Shown here one piece after another: positions 11,301 through 23,372 of a DNA stretch of 64,000 bases. A program made the position numbers and the translations under genes. Under the pieces are notes generated by a model. It made no database searches and was not told where the DNA came from. It saw only the letters and a program-made list of their open reading frames with translations. Location: contig NIVC01001803.1 of the NCBI GenBank assembly GCA_002269645.1, positions 121,941 through 185,940 on the forward strand. Reading direction: 5' to 3'. Origin of the DNA: Macrostomum lignano. Its lineage: Eukaryota. Positions within the stretch are counted from its first letter, which is position 1, and each line of letters opens with the position of its first letter.

Positions 11301-14300
11301 GTGAATTCCTGCTTGTTCCCGCAGATCTCAATAAAGATTTGGCTTGAAAAGATCACTTTCTCTCTCTGAGCTGTTGTGAATTCCTGCTTGTTCCCGCAGA
11401 TCTCAATAAAGATTTGGCTTGAAAAGATCACTTTCTCTCTCTGAGCTGTTGTGAATTCCTGCTTGTTCCCGCAGATCTCAATAAAGATTTGGCTTGAAAA
11501 GATCACTTTCTCTCTCTGAGCTGTTGTGAATTCCTGCTTGTTCCCGCAGATCTCAATAAAGATTTGGCTTGAAAAGATCACTTTCTCTCTCTGAGCTGTT
11601 GTGAATTCCTGCTTGTTCCCGCAGATCTCAATAAAGATTTGGCTTGAAAAGATCACTTTCTCTCTCTGAGCTGTTGTGAATTCCTGCTTGTTCCCGCAGA
11701 TCTCAATAAAGATTTGGCTTGAAAAGATCACTTTCTCTCTCTGAGCTGTTGTGAATTCCTGCTTGTTCCCGCAGATCTCAATAAAGATTTGGCTTGAAAA
11801 GATCACTTTCTCTCTCTGAGCTGTTGTGAATTCCTGCTTGTTCCCGCAGATCTCAATAAAGATTTGGCTTGAAAAGATCACTTTCTCTCTCTGAGCTGTT
11901 GTGAATTCCTGCTTGTTCCCGCAGATCTCAATAAAGATTTGGCTTGAAAAGATCACTTTCTCTCTCTGAGCTGTTGTGAATTCCTGCTTGTTCCCGCAGA
12001 TCTCAATAAAGATTTGGCTTGAAAAGATCACTTTCTCTCTCTGAGCTGTTGTGAATTCCTGCTTGTTCCCGCAGATCTCAATAAAGATTTGGCTTGAAAA
12101 GATCACTTTCTCTCTCTGAGCTGTTGTGAATTCCTGCTTGTTCCCGCAGATCTCAATAAAGATTTGGCTTGAAAAGATCACTTTCTCTCTCTGAGCTGTT
12201 GTGAATTCCTGCTTGTTCCCGCAGATCTCAATAAAGATTTGGCTTGAAAAGATCACTTTCTCTCTCTGAGCTGTTGTGAATTCCTGCTTGTTCCCGCAGA
12301 TCTCAATAAAGATTTGGCTTGAAAAGATCACTTTCTCTCTCTGAGCTGTTGTGAATTCCTGCTTGTTCCCGCAGATCTCAATAAAGATTTGGCTTGAAAA
12401 GATCACTTTCTCTCTCTGAGCTGTTGTGAATTCCTGCTTGTTCCCGCAGATCTCAATAAAGATTTGGCTTGAAAAGATCACTTTCTCTCTCTGAGCTGTT
12501 GTGAATTCCTGCTTGTTCCCGCAGATCTCAATAAAGATTTGGCTTGAAAAGATCACTTTCTCTCTCTGAGCTGTTGTGAATTCCTGCTTGTTCCCGCAGA
12601 TCTCAATAAAGATTTGGCTTGAAAAGATCACTTTCTCTCTCTGAGCTGTTGTGAATTCCTGCTTGTTCCCGCAGATCTCAATAAAGATTTGGCTTGAAAA
12701 GATCACTTTCTCTCTCTGAGCTGTTGTGAATTCCTGCTTGTTCCCGCAGATCTCAATAAAGATTTGGCTTGAAAAGATCACTTTCTCTCTCTGAGCTGTT
12801 GTGAATTCCTGCTTGTTCCCGCAGATCTCAATAAAGATTTGGCTTGAAAAGATCACTTTCTCTCTCTGAGCTGTTGTGAATTCCTGCTTGTTCCCGCAGA
12901 TCTCAATAAAGATTTGGCTTGAAAAGATCACTTTCTCTCTCTGAGCTGTTGTGAATTCCTGCTTGTTCCCGCAGATCTCAATAAAGATTTGGCTTGAAAA
13001 GATCACTTTCTCTCTCTGAGCTGTTGTGAATTCCTGCTTGTTCCCGCAGATCTCAATAAAGATTTGGCTTGAAAAGATCACTTTCTCTCTCTGAGCTGTT
13101 GTGAATTCCTGCTTGTTCCCGCAGATCTCAATAAAGATTTGGCTTGAAAAGATCACTTTCTCTCTCTGAGCTGTTGTGAATTCCTGCTTGTTCCCGCAGA
13201 TCTCAATAAAGATTTGGCTTGAAAAGATCACTTTCTCTCTCTGAGCTGTTGTGAATTCCTGCTTGTTCCCGCAGATCTCAATAAAGATTTGGCTTGAAAA
13301 GATCACTTTCTCTCTCTGAGCTGTTGTGAATTCCTGCTTGTTCCCGCAGATCTCAATAAAGATTTGGCTTGAAAAGATCACTTTCTCTCTCTGAGCTGTT
13401 GTGAATTCCTGCTTGTTCCCGCAGATCTCAATAAAGATTTGGCTTGAAAAGATCACTTTCTCTCTCTGAGCTGTTGTGAATTCCTGCTTGTTCCCGCAGA
13501 TCTCAATAAAGATTTGGCTTGAAAAGATCACTTTCTCTCTCTGAGCTGTTGTGAATTCCTGCTTGTTCCCGCAGATCTCAATAAAGATTTGGCTTGAAAA
13601 GATCACTTTCTCTCTCTGAGCTGTTGTGAATTCCTGCTTGTTCCCGCAGATCTCAATAAAGATTTGGCTTGAAAAGATCACTTTCTCTCTCTGAGCTGTT
13701 GTGAATTCCTGCTTGTTCCCGCAGATCTCAATAAAGATTTGGCTTGAAAAGATCACTTTCTCTCTCTGAGCTGTTGTGAATTCCTGCTTGTTCCCGCAGA
13801 TCTCAATAAAGATTTGGCTTGAAAAGATCACTTTCTCTCTCTGAGCTGTTGTGAATTCCTGCTTGTTCCCGCAGATCTCAATAAAGATTTGGCTTGAAAA
13901 GATCACTTTCTCTCTCTGAGCTGTTGTGAATTCCTGCTTGTTCCCGCAGATCTCAATAAAGATTTGGCTTGAAAAGATCACTTTCTCTCTCTGAGCTGTT
14001 GTGAATTCCTGCTTGTTCCCGCAGATCTCAATAAAGATTTGGCTTGAAAAGATCACTTTCTCTCTCTGAGCTGTTGTGAATTCCTGCTTGTTCCCGCAGA
14101 TCTCAATAAAGATTAGGCTTGAAAAGATCACTTTCTCTCTCTGAGCTGTTGTGAATTCCTGCTTGTTCCCGCAGATCTCAATAAAGATTTGGCTTGAAAA
14201 GATCACTTTCTCTCTCTGAGCTGTTGTGAATTCCTGCTTGTTCCCGCAGATCTCAATAAAGATTAGGCTTGAAAAGATCACTTTCTCTCTCTGAGCTGTT

Positions 14301-14436
14301 GTGAATTCCTGCTTGTTCCCGCAGATCTCAATAAAGATTTGGCTTGAAAAGATCACTTTCTCTCTCTGAGCTGTTGTGAATTCCTGCTTGTTCCCGCAGA
14401 TCTCAATAAACATTTGGCTTGAAAAGATCACTTTCT
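8366..14436. repeat. 75-bp satellite, ~81 near-identical copies
   Basis: Unit ctgagctgttgtgaattcctgcttgttcccgcagatctcaataaagatttggcttgaaaagatcactttctctct. The only variants seen are at 14115, 14265 and 14411. Confidence 0.99.
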
Positions 14437-14919
14437 GTTTTACCAGTGTTCTAAACTCAGAAACATTAAGAATACTCGTATCAGGTTTCAAAGTGCTGAT
14501 TTGGATTTTGCTCACGTAACAGAGGACAAAAATTGGAGGAAAAGGCGACGACAGGTACATGTACTTTCGGTGAAGTTAACCATTCTAACCAACGAAAGAA
14601 ATAACAGTGCAGCATTGATCCATGAGAAAAAACTGCCGTTAGAGCAGGCCCAGCCCCCTCCCCAGGTCAGGAGGCGGTCAATCGAAATATTTTCTGCCAG
14701 GCTCAGCCCCTCAACTTCTGGTTAGTAGAAAGTAGCGCGTTCTTCTCTTCTCTTTTCTGGGTCAGTACGGAAAGTCAAGGCCGCTGTGCACCCAGTGTGA
14801 GTGTGTGCAGAGTGCGTGTCTGCGTACAGAATTGGCGCGCTTTTATGCGTTCAGGAGTCTGCGGAATGTGCAGAATTGCCTCAGCGCTGGTTGGGTGACA
14901 GGAAGTCGTCGAAGGCGTT

Positions 14920-15205
14920 TCGTCAGGGTGCCCGCAGCCTTCCTGCAATAATAAGCCATCATTGTCGGACAAAGAGTTGCCAATTGCTACTTATGGCATG
15001 AAGTGAAGACTTCATCAGCTGGTCTCACGAGTTCCCTCACGAGTTAGCCGCCTGCTCAGAAGGAGCCTCTCCAGCTCTGCCCTCGTTTGCCGAATCGTAG
15101 GTTCATCCTGAAAGACCGGCTGCTTACGTTGGGCCGGTCGCATCAACGGGGTCGCTTGCTTCGCCACGGCTCTGACCGCGGCATTTACCCCCGTGTACTC
15201 AGCAG
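14920..15205 (+). pseudogene. Possible decayed kinase catalytic-loop fragment
   Basis: One frame reads AFLQ**AIIVGQRVANCYLWHEVK, spaced like the FLH..IIHRDIK.AN.LL..VK region. Similar at DNA level to 3052-3090. Weak. Confidence 0.25.
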
Positions 15206-15206
15206 T

Positions 15207-16395
15207 GTCAGCAACTCCCCCCATTGAGCCATGGCATCTCAGCAAATCCCCATTGAGCCATGGCATCTCAGCAACTCCCCCCATTGAGCCATGGCATCTC
15301 AGCAAATCCCCATTGAGCCATGGCATCTCAGCAACTCCCCCCATTGAGCCATGGCATCTCAGCAAATCCCCATTGAGCCATGGCATCTCAGCAACTCCCC
15401 CCATTGAGCCATGGCATCTCAGCAAATCCCCATTGAGCCATGGCATCTCAGCAACTCCCCATTGAGCCATGGCATCTCAGCAACTCCCCCCATTGAGCCA
15501 TGGCATCTCAGCAAATCCCCATTGAGCCATGGCATCTCAGCAACTCCCCACAGATCCATGGCATCTCAGCAACTCCCCACAGATCCATGGCATCTCAGCA
15601 ACTCCCCACAGATCCATGGCATCTCAGCAACTCCCCACAGATCCATGGCATCTCAGCAACTCCCCACTGATCCATGGCATCTCAGCAACTCCCCACTGAT
15701 CCATGGCATCTCAGCAACTCCCCACTGAGCCATGGCATTTCAGCAACTCCCCACTGATCCATGGCATCTCAGCAACTCCCCACTGAGCCATGGCATCTCA
15801 GCAACTCCCCACTGAGCCATGGCATTTCAGCAACTCCCCACTGATCCATGGCATCTCAGCAACTCCCCACTGAGCCATGGCATCTCAGCAACTCCCCACT
15901 GATCCATGGCATCTCAGCAACTCCCCACTGAGCCATGGCATTTCAGCAACTCCCCACTGATCCATGGCATCTCAGCAACTCCCCACTGAGCCATGGCATC
16001 TCAGCAACTCCCCACTGAGCCATGGCATCTCAGCAACTCCCCACTGAGCCATGGCATCTCAGCAACTCCCCACTGAGCCATGGCATCTCAGCAACTCCCC
16101 ACTGAGCCATGGCATCTCAGCAACTCCCCACTGAGCTATGGCATCTCAGCAACTCCCCACTGAGCCATGGCATCTCAGCAACTCCCCACTGAGCCATGGC
16201 ATCTCAGCAACTCCCCACTGAGCCATGGCATCTCAGCAACTCCCCACTGAGCCATGGCATCTCAGCAACTCCCCACTGAGCTATGGCATCTCAGCAACTC
16301 CCCACTGAGCCATGGCATCTCAGCAACTCCCCACTGAGCCATGGCATCTCAGCAACTCCCCACTGATCCAGGGCATCCCAGCAACTCATCACTGA
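15207..16395. repeat. 29-31-bp minisatellite (catggcatctcagcaactccccactgagc), ~40 copies
   Basis: Direct reading; variants arranged in blocks; same family as 353-645. Confidence 0.97.
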
Positions 16396-16892
16396 TCCAT
16401 CGCGTCAATTATGCCAACAGAGATTAAAAATGAACTGCACTAAACAAACTCCAAACGCGTCAAGAATTGAAGGTCCTGTGTGCAACAGTAAAATCAGTTC
16501 TGCGAATAGGAGACACAAAGAGCAGGTGAGCCACTACATACATAAACATTTATTTATTGTTGAATAATAAAGAAAGAATTACTAAATCCCACAGGATCCA
16601 ACGATGGATCAAGAGAAAATAAAAAGTTTTATTAAAGAGTAAGAAAAGCGCAGACACAAGAATCGAGGAATCAGCCCCAACAGCTACAGCGCTAATATGC
16701 TGAAATTTAGTTTAATCAATTCGAACGTGCCAGAAAGTCTATATTAATGTAATTAATAAGGTATAATAATGTTATGCTACCTTATTGAATAACAACAGCC
16801 AGTTATCAGTTGGTTAGACTAAACAAAGAATAGTTATTAAGCTTTCTAATGGTTGAATTTTATTAACTGTGCCGCCTGGTTTGCTGATAATT

Positions 16893-18802
16893 CTGTAGAC
16901 TAAGAGCAATTCTACCTGTAGACTAAGGGAAATTCTACTGTAGACTAAGGGCAATTCTACCTGTAGACTAAGGGCAATTCTACCTGTAGACTAAGGGCAA
17001 TTCTACCTGTAGACTAAGGACAATTCTACCTGTAGACTAAGGGCAATTCTACCTGTAGACTAAGGGCAATTCTACCTGTAGACTAAGGGCAATTCTACCT
17101 GTAGACTAAGGGCAATTCTACTGTAGACTAAGGGCAATTCTACCTGTAGACTAAGGGCAATTCTACCTGTAGACCAAGGGCAATTCTACCTGTAGACTAA
17201 GGGCAATTCTACCTGTAGACTAAGAGCAATTCTACCTGTAGACTAAGGGCAATTCTACAGTAGACTAAGGGCAATTCTACCTGTAGACTAAGGGCAATTC
17301 TACTGTAGACTAAGGGCAATTCTACCTGTAGACTAAGGGCAATTCTACTGTAGACTAAGGGCAATTCTACCTGTAGACTAAGGGCAATTCTACCTGTAGA
17401 CCAAGGGCAATTCTACCTGTAGACTAAGGGCAATTCTAACCTGTAGACTAAGGGCAATTCTACCTGTAGACTAAGGGCAATTCTACCTGTAGACTAAGGG
17501 CAATTCTACCTGTAGACTAAGAGCAATTCTACCTGTAGACTAAGGGCAATTCTACCTGTAGACTAAGAGCAATTCTACCTGTAGACTAAGGGCAATTCTA
17601 CCTGTAGACTAAGAGCAATTCTACCTGTAGACTAAGAGCAATTCTACCTGTAGAATAAGAGCAATTCTACCTGTAGACTAAGGGCAATTCTACCTGTAGA
17701 CTAAGAGCAATTCTACCTGTAGACTAAGAGCAATTCTACCTGTAGACTAAGAGCAATTCTACCTGTAGACTAAGGGCAATTCTACCTGTAGACTAAGAGC
17801 AATTCTACCTGTAGACTAAGGGCAATTCTACCTGTAGACTAAGGGCAATTCTACCTGTAGACTAAGAGCAATTCTACCTGAAGACTAAGGGCAATTCTAC
17901 CTGTAGACTAAGAGCAATTCTACCTGTAGACTAAGGGCAATTCTACCTGTAGACTAAGGGCAATTCTACATGTAGACTAAGAGCAATTCTACCTGTAGAC
18001 TAAGGGCAATTCTACCTGTAGACCAAGGGCAATTCTACCTGTAGACTAAGAGCAATTCTACCTGTAGACTAAGGGCAATTCTACCTGTAGACTAAGGGCA
18101 ATTCTACCTGTAGACTAAGGGCAATTCTACCTGTAGACTAAGAGCAATTCTACCTGTAGACTAAGGGCAATTCTACCTGTAGACTAAGGGCAATTCTACC
18201 TGTAGACTAAGGGCAATTCTACCTGTAGACTAAGGGCAATTCTACCTGTAGACTAAGGGCAATTCTACATGTAGACTAAGAGCAATTCTACCTGTAGACT
18301 AAGGGCAATTCTACCTGTAGACCAAGGGCAATTCTACCTGTAGACTAAGGGCAATTCTACCTGTAGACTAAGGGCAATTCTACCTGTAGACTAAGGGCAA
18401 TTCTACCTGTAGACCAAGGGCAATTCTACCTGTAGACCAAGGGCAATTCTACCTGTAGACCAAGGGCAATTCTACCTGTAGACTAAGGGCAATTCTACCT
18501 GTAGACTAAGGGCAATTCTACCTGTAGACTAAAGGCAATTCTACCTGTAGACTAAGAGCAATTCTACCTGTAGACTAAGGGCAATTCTACCTGTAGACCA
18601 AGGGCAATTCTACCTGTAGACTAAGGGCAATTCTACCTGTAGACTAAGGGCAATTCTACATGTAGACTAAGGGCAATTCTACCTGTAGACTAAGGGCAAT
18701 TCTACCTGTAGACTTAGGGTAATTCTACCTGTAGACTAAGGGCAATTCTACCTGTAGACCAAGGGCAATTCTACCTATAGACTAAGGGCAATTCTACCTG
18801 TA
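16893..18802. repeat. 23-bp minisatellite (ctgtagactaagggcaattctac), ~83 copies
   Basis: Direct reading; contains complementary gtaga/tctac; no spacers. Confidence 0.98.
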
Positions 18803-19199
18803 TAATAAAGACGAGTATTGGCTGTTATCAGAACAGACAGCACAGTTCAGCAAATAGTCAATTCAATCGCATTCATAAAAAGGCACAGTTAAAACTCCAC
18901 CAGCTCAGAATTAAACAGTGAGTAGCCAGTATCACCTAGTTAAAACTGAATTAACAAACCAGAATAATATCGATGTTTTAGGAGAAGCACAGAATATGTA
19001 ATTAAAAATTATTAAAAGGTAAAAATACACACGGACCAAATGGTGAAGGTTTGTAAAAAATCGCCTAAGCGGGTACATGGAGCTACAGACTCGATAAAGC
19101 AGTCAGTCTATGGCTACAGTGCAAGAGCAGTTCAGGGACACCCAGGATAAACTTTTAACCAGATGAAACTATAAATAACTGAATTAGGAATTAGTTCAA

Positions 19200-19352
19200 G
19201 GAGGGTCACCAATGACCTGACAGAGGGGTCAAGGAGCGTCAGCAATGACCTGAAAAAGAGGGGTCAGGGAGGGTCACAAAGTCTGTAAATGGGGGTCAGG
19301 GGGGTCACAAAGCCTGCAGATGAGGGGTCAGTGGGGTCACAAAGCCTGTAAA
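19200..19352. repeat. Short degenerate ~30-bp repeat (ggggtca...ggtcacaaagcctg), ~4-5 copies
   Basis: Direct reading. Confidence 0.7.
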
Positions 19353-20112
19353 TATAAAACAAGCTGATTAGTAAATAAACACAGCTTTAGCCTTACTACG
19401 TGATTAAGCTTAATGACCCAAATTAAAATCCTAAAATCACCTAATAAATAGAGGTAATTAACCAGCATAAAATTATTTAATAGCAGCACATTATTTTTTA
19501 TAATTAGCTTAGAACGGATAAAAAGCTTAAAAAGATGCGCGTCAGTTTGAAATCAACCAAAAAACCCGAGATACTACTAAAAAAACAATCGCTATTCACA
19601 ACAGACTACTACCAAAAGTAGTACGCTTAATAAAATGTGCTTAAAATTTGATTAGACGATAAAAAACACCAAAATTTAATTTTTTGAATAGACACCCGCC
19701 TAAAATCAATACCGAAGAAAAACACTGCAGCTCAGGACACATGATAAGAACACACCAGAACAGCAGACTGCATATTGGATAAGCGAGTGGTGGAACAGAC
19801 TCAATTAAACAGAGGTAAAAATATTACAGCAGACCGATACTTGTGCAAAACAGACCGCTTACAATACAGATTTTGTATAGTATAAAAACTCCATCAGAGC
19901 AGCTGGATCAGGCGGACACCAAGCTAATCAAGTTGTCAATTTGAAAACAAGAACCAAACGCAGAAACGCAATTATAGAAAGTTTATATTATAGCAAATAA
20001 ACGCACAACAGAAGCCTACGGCAGATTGGAGAGAATTATTAACAGAAATTAAGCTCGGCCCACCAGGAGCCGCGAACGCAGCGCGAGCAGTCAATGCATT
20101 AATAATTAATAC

Positions 20113-20272
20113 TTAATGCGAATCAGTGAGCTGGCAGCAGATTGAGGGATGGTCAGTTGAGAAGCGGCGTAAGCGAGGTGCGGCTTCCAGTGGTATGACG
20201 TCATCACAGGAGGCTGGAACCTTCAAGTAGTGACCGACCGGCACAGCAAGGCGAACCGCCTCTGCCCCGGGA
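20113..20272 (-). other. Possible terminal exon of the TRAF-like gene
   Basis: GC-rich island after an acceptor-like ctcacccacag, followed on the minus strand by long T-rich UTR-like DNA. Donor and frame are not resolved. Confidence 0.25.
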
Positions 20273-20327
20273 CTGTGGGTGAGACTGAGAGACAGACGGA
20301 GAGAGGGGCTGTGGTTGAGGCTCTGGA

Positions 20328-21210
20328 AGGCTGGCCCAGCAACTGAGGATCTGGGAGGCTGGTGGCCCAGCAACTGAGTATCTGGGAGGCTGGCCCAGCA
20401 ACTGGGGATCTGGGAGGCTGGTGGCCCAGCAACTGAGTATCTGGGAGGCTGGTGGCCCAGCAACTGAGGATCTGGGAGGCTGGTGGCCCAGCAACTGAGT
20501 AACTGGGAGGCTGGTGGCCCAGCAACTGAGGATCTGGGAGGCTGGTGGCCCAGCAACTGAGTATCTGGGAGGCTGGTGGCCCAGCAACTGAGGATCTGGG
20601 AGGCTGGTGGCCCAGCAACTGAGGATCTGGGAGGCTGGCCCAGCAACTGAGGATCTGGGAGGCTGGTGGCCTAGCAACTGAGGATCTGGGAGGCTGGTGG
20701 CCCAGCAACTGAGGATCTGGGAGGCTGGTGGCCCAGCAACTGAGGATCTGGGAGGCTGGTGGCCCAGCAACTGAGGATCTGGGAGGCTGGCCCAGCAACT
20801 GAGGATCTGGGAGGCTGGCCCAGCAACTGAGGATCTGGGAGGCTGGTGGCCCAGAAACTGAGGATCTGGGAGGCTGGCCCAGCAACTGAGGATCTGGGAG
20901 GCTGGTGGCCCAGAAACTGAGGATCTGGGAGGCTGGCCCAGCAACTGAGGATCTGGGAGGCTGGCCCAGCAACTGAGGATCTGGGAGGCTGGTGGCCTAG
21001 CAACTGAGGATCTGGGAGGCTGGTGGCCCAGCAACTGAGGATCTGGGAGGCTGGTGGCCCAGCAATTGAGGATCTGGGAGGCTGGTGGCCCAGCAACTGA
21101 GGATCTGGGAGGCTGGCCCAGCAACTGAGGATCTGGGAGGCTGGCCCAGCAACTGAGGATCTGGGAGGCAGGCCCAGCAACTGAGGATCTGGGAGGCTGG
21201 CCCAGCAACT
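20328..21210. repeat. 27/31-bp minisatellite (ggctggtggcccagcaactgaggatctggga)
   Basis: Direct reading; source of ORFs 20113..21208. Confidence 0.97.
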
Positions 21211-21575
21211 AAGTTTCTGGAACGGTGTGGACTACATCAGGGCTCTTCAGTAAGGCAGCTCAGCCTGAGAATATGGTTAAACACTCTGCGGTCTGTCTCC
21301 CATATTCTAACAGAAATCAACCAGGATGCGAAATCAAAAACCTCAGGACAGATTGACGCAACGGAAAAATCCAGAAGACAGGAAGCGGATTCTACACTCG
21401 CAGGCTACATATCGGCTAATAATAAGCTAATAATTAATAACTGAAACGATAATTATTGGGACTGATTAAGCGTTTCCTTGAAATCCGACAAAAAACCAAA
21501 AATAAAAGTGCGCCAGTTCTGGTTGGCCGATTGGCTCCTCGACTCAACTAGCTCGATCTGGTGAGACACTTTATT

Positions 21576-23334
21576 TTAACGCCAAGCGGGTTGGTACTGC
21601 TGGTACTGCTGCTGTTGCTGCTGCTGCTGTTGTTGTTGGTGCAGAAGATTCCTCAGAGCAGCCGCTTGCTGCTGTTGTTGCTGAGCAGCGTACATCTGCT
21701 GCTGCTGTGACTGCATCGGCTGCTGCAGGTTCACCACCAGCTTGTCCAGCATGCAGTTCAGATCAGCTGTGGTGGCTCTCTGCTGCTGCTGCTGCTGCTG
21801 CTGCTGATGAGGATGCTGCTGCTGTTGCCATAGCAACTGCAGATGGTAGCTGTGAGCCTCGGCCACGTGGCGGCCGAGATCGCGCCTGTGCCGATTGGCA
21901 GCCGGACAGCCGAAGCTGGCGAAGGGGCAGAGCACCAGGGTGAGCGGGCACGCGCGGTCCACGTGCTCGTGCAGGCGCTGATGGCCGGCCAGCACCCGGC
22001 CGCAGCGGTGCGGACACGGCATGGGGAAATTGGAGCAGCCGAACAGGTAGTGAAAGTTCAGCTGCCGGTAGGGCACCGAGGCGGAGCAGAACACGCAGGC
22101 CACCTGGCGCTCCCGGCAGGCCGCTCGGTGGGCGGCTAAGTCGCAGCGGCGGATGCGGGACTGCGGGATGATCGGCGGGGTGCTGGGTGTACATTGGGTG
22201 CCGGGTGTACATTGGGTGCTGGGTGTACACTGGTGCTGGGTGTACATTGGGTGCCGGGTTTACATTGGGTGCCGGGTGTACATTGGATGCCGGGTGTACA
22301 TTGGATGCCATGTGTACATTGGGATGGGTGCCCGGTGTACATTGGGTGCCGGGTTTACATTGGGTGCCGGGTGTACATTGGATGCCATGTGTACATTGGG
22401 ATAGGTGCCCGGTGTACATTGGGTACCGGGTGTACATTGGGTGCCGGGTGTACATTGGGTGCCGGGTGCACATTGGATGCCAGGTGCACATTGGGTGCCG
22501 GGTGTACATTGGGTGCCGGGTGCACATTGGATGCCAGGTGTAGATTGGGTGCAATGATTCACACTGGGTGCTTGCATGTGCATAATTATGCACACTTGGG
22601 AGGCTACAGGTGCGGATATTTGAGAGCACAATCAAGTACTGGAAACTAAATCCAGCTGGACTGTCGGGTGTACACTGGGCTGAATAGACACGCTGTGGAC
22701 TCACCTGGCACTGCTCGGGGCAGAGCTCCTCCACGAACTGGCAGGCAGTAGCCAGGTGCGATCTCAGGCCGCCCAGCTCCATGGCGGCGCCGCAGCCGGT
22801 GCGCGGGCATCGGACCGTCAGCTGCTGGACCTCGCGCTCCGTGGCCAGATCGTTGAACACGCCAGCGGTCAGGCCGCCGCGGCCAGCAGCCGACGGCCCG
22901 ACGTCGAGAATCGGCGAGCGGCACAGCGGGCAGGCGCGGCGGGCGCCGACAGAGGCTGGGCTTGCGGCGGCGGCAGCTGCTGCTGCTGCGGCTGCCGAAG
23001 CTGGCAGAGGCTGCTGGAACTGATGATGCTGCTGGTGGTGATGAAGGTGCAGGTGCTGATGGTGCAGCTGGAGCGCCGGCTGGACTGTTGAAGCTGCCCC
23101 GGAGGTGGTGGTGGAGGCAGCGGCGGCCGCGGCTGCAGAGAAGAAGCAGCCTCGGCAGAAGCGGTGACCGCAGCAGGTCTGCAGCGGCGACTTCAAGTGT
23201 CCGAGGCAGATGGGGCACTTCAGCCTGTCCGGCAGGGCGCTGACAAAGTCCGGCTCGTCAGGCTCTGCGGGCTCGCTGGCGCTGAGGCCAGCGACGGCCA
23301 CGGCGGCTGGGGGAGCTGGCGATGCTGATGGGAG
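21576..23334 (-). CDS. TRAF-family (TRAF6-like) RING + TRAF zinc-finger protein; 5' end unresolved, no MATH domain seen
   Basis: Exon 23334-22705: DFVSALPDRLKCPICL..L..P.QT.CGHRFC..C ... CPLCR, FNDLATEREV..L.V.CP..GC. Phase-0 GT-AG intron 22704-22161. Exon 22160-21576: CPEQCQ|SRIRRCDLAAH...C..RQVAC.FC, CPHRC, CP...V.CPF...GC; Q-rich tail; TAA. Confidence 0.88.
22175..22550. repeat. 18-bp intronic minisatellite (gtgtacattgggtgccgg)
   Basis: Fills the TRAF intron. Confidence 0.95.
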
Positions 23335-23372
23335 CTGCGGGAATGCGTGGGAGTGGCTGCGGTTTGTAGGGC

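Noticed and set aside
8279-14560. 2093-aa ORF as a real gene, or the array as CRISPR
   Set aside because: It is the stop-free frame of a 75-bp satellite with no spacers, no synonymous variation and no recognisable domain. Kept only as a finding to test.
16893-18802. Unit aattctac-ct-gtagact resembles the Cas12a direct-repeat hairpin, suggesting a CRISPR array
   Set aside because: Units are contiguous with no unique spacers, no cas genes are present and the context is eukaryotic; a chance short-hairpin resemblance.
20113-21208. Pro/Ser-rich ORFs
   Set aside because: Translations of the 27/31-bp minisatellite.
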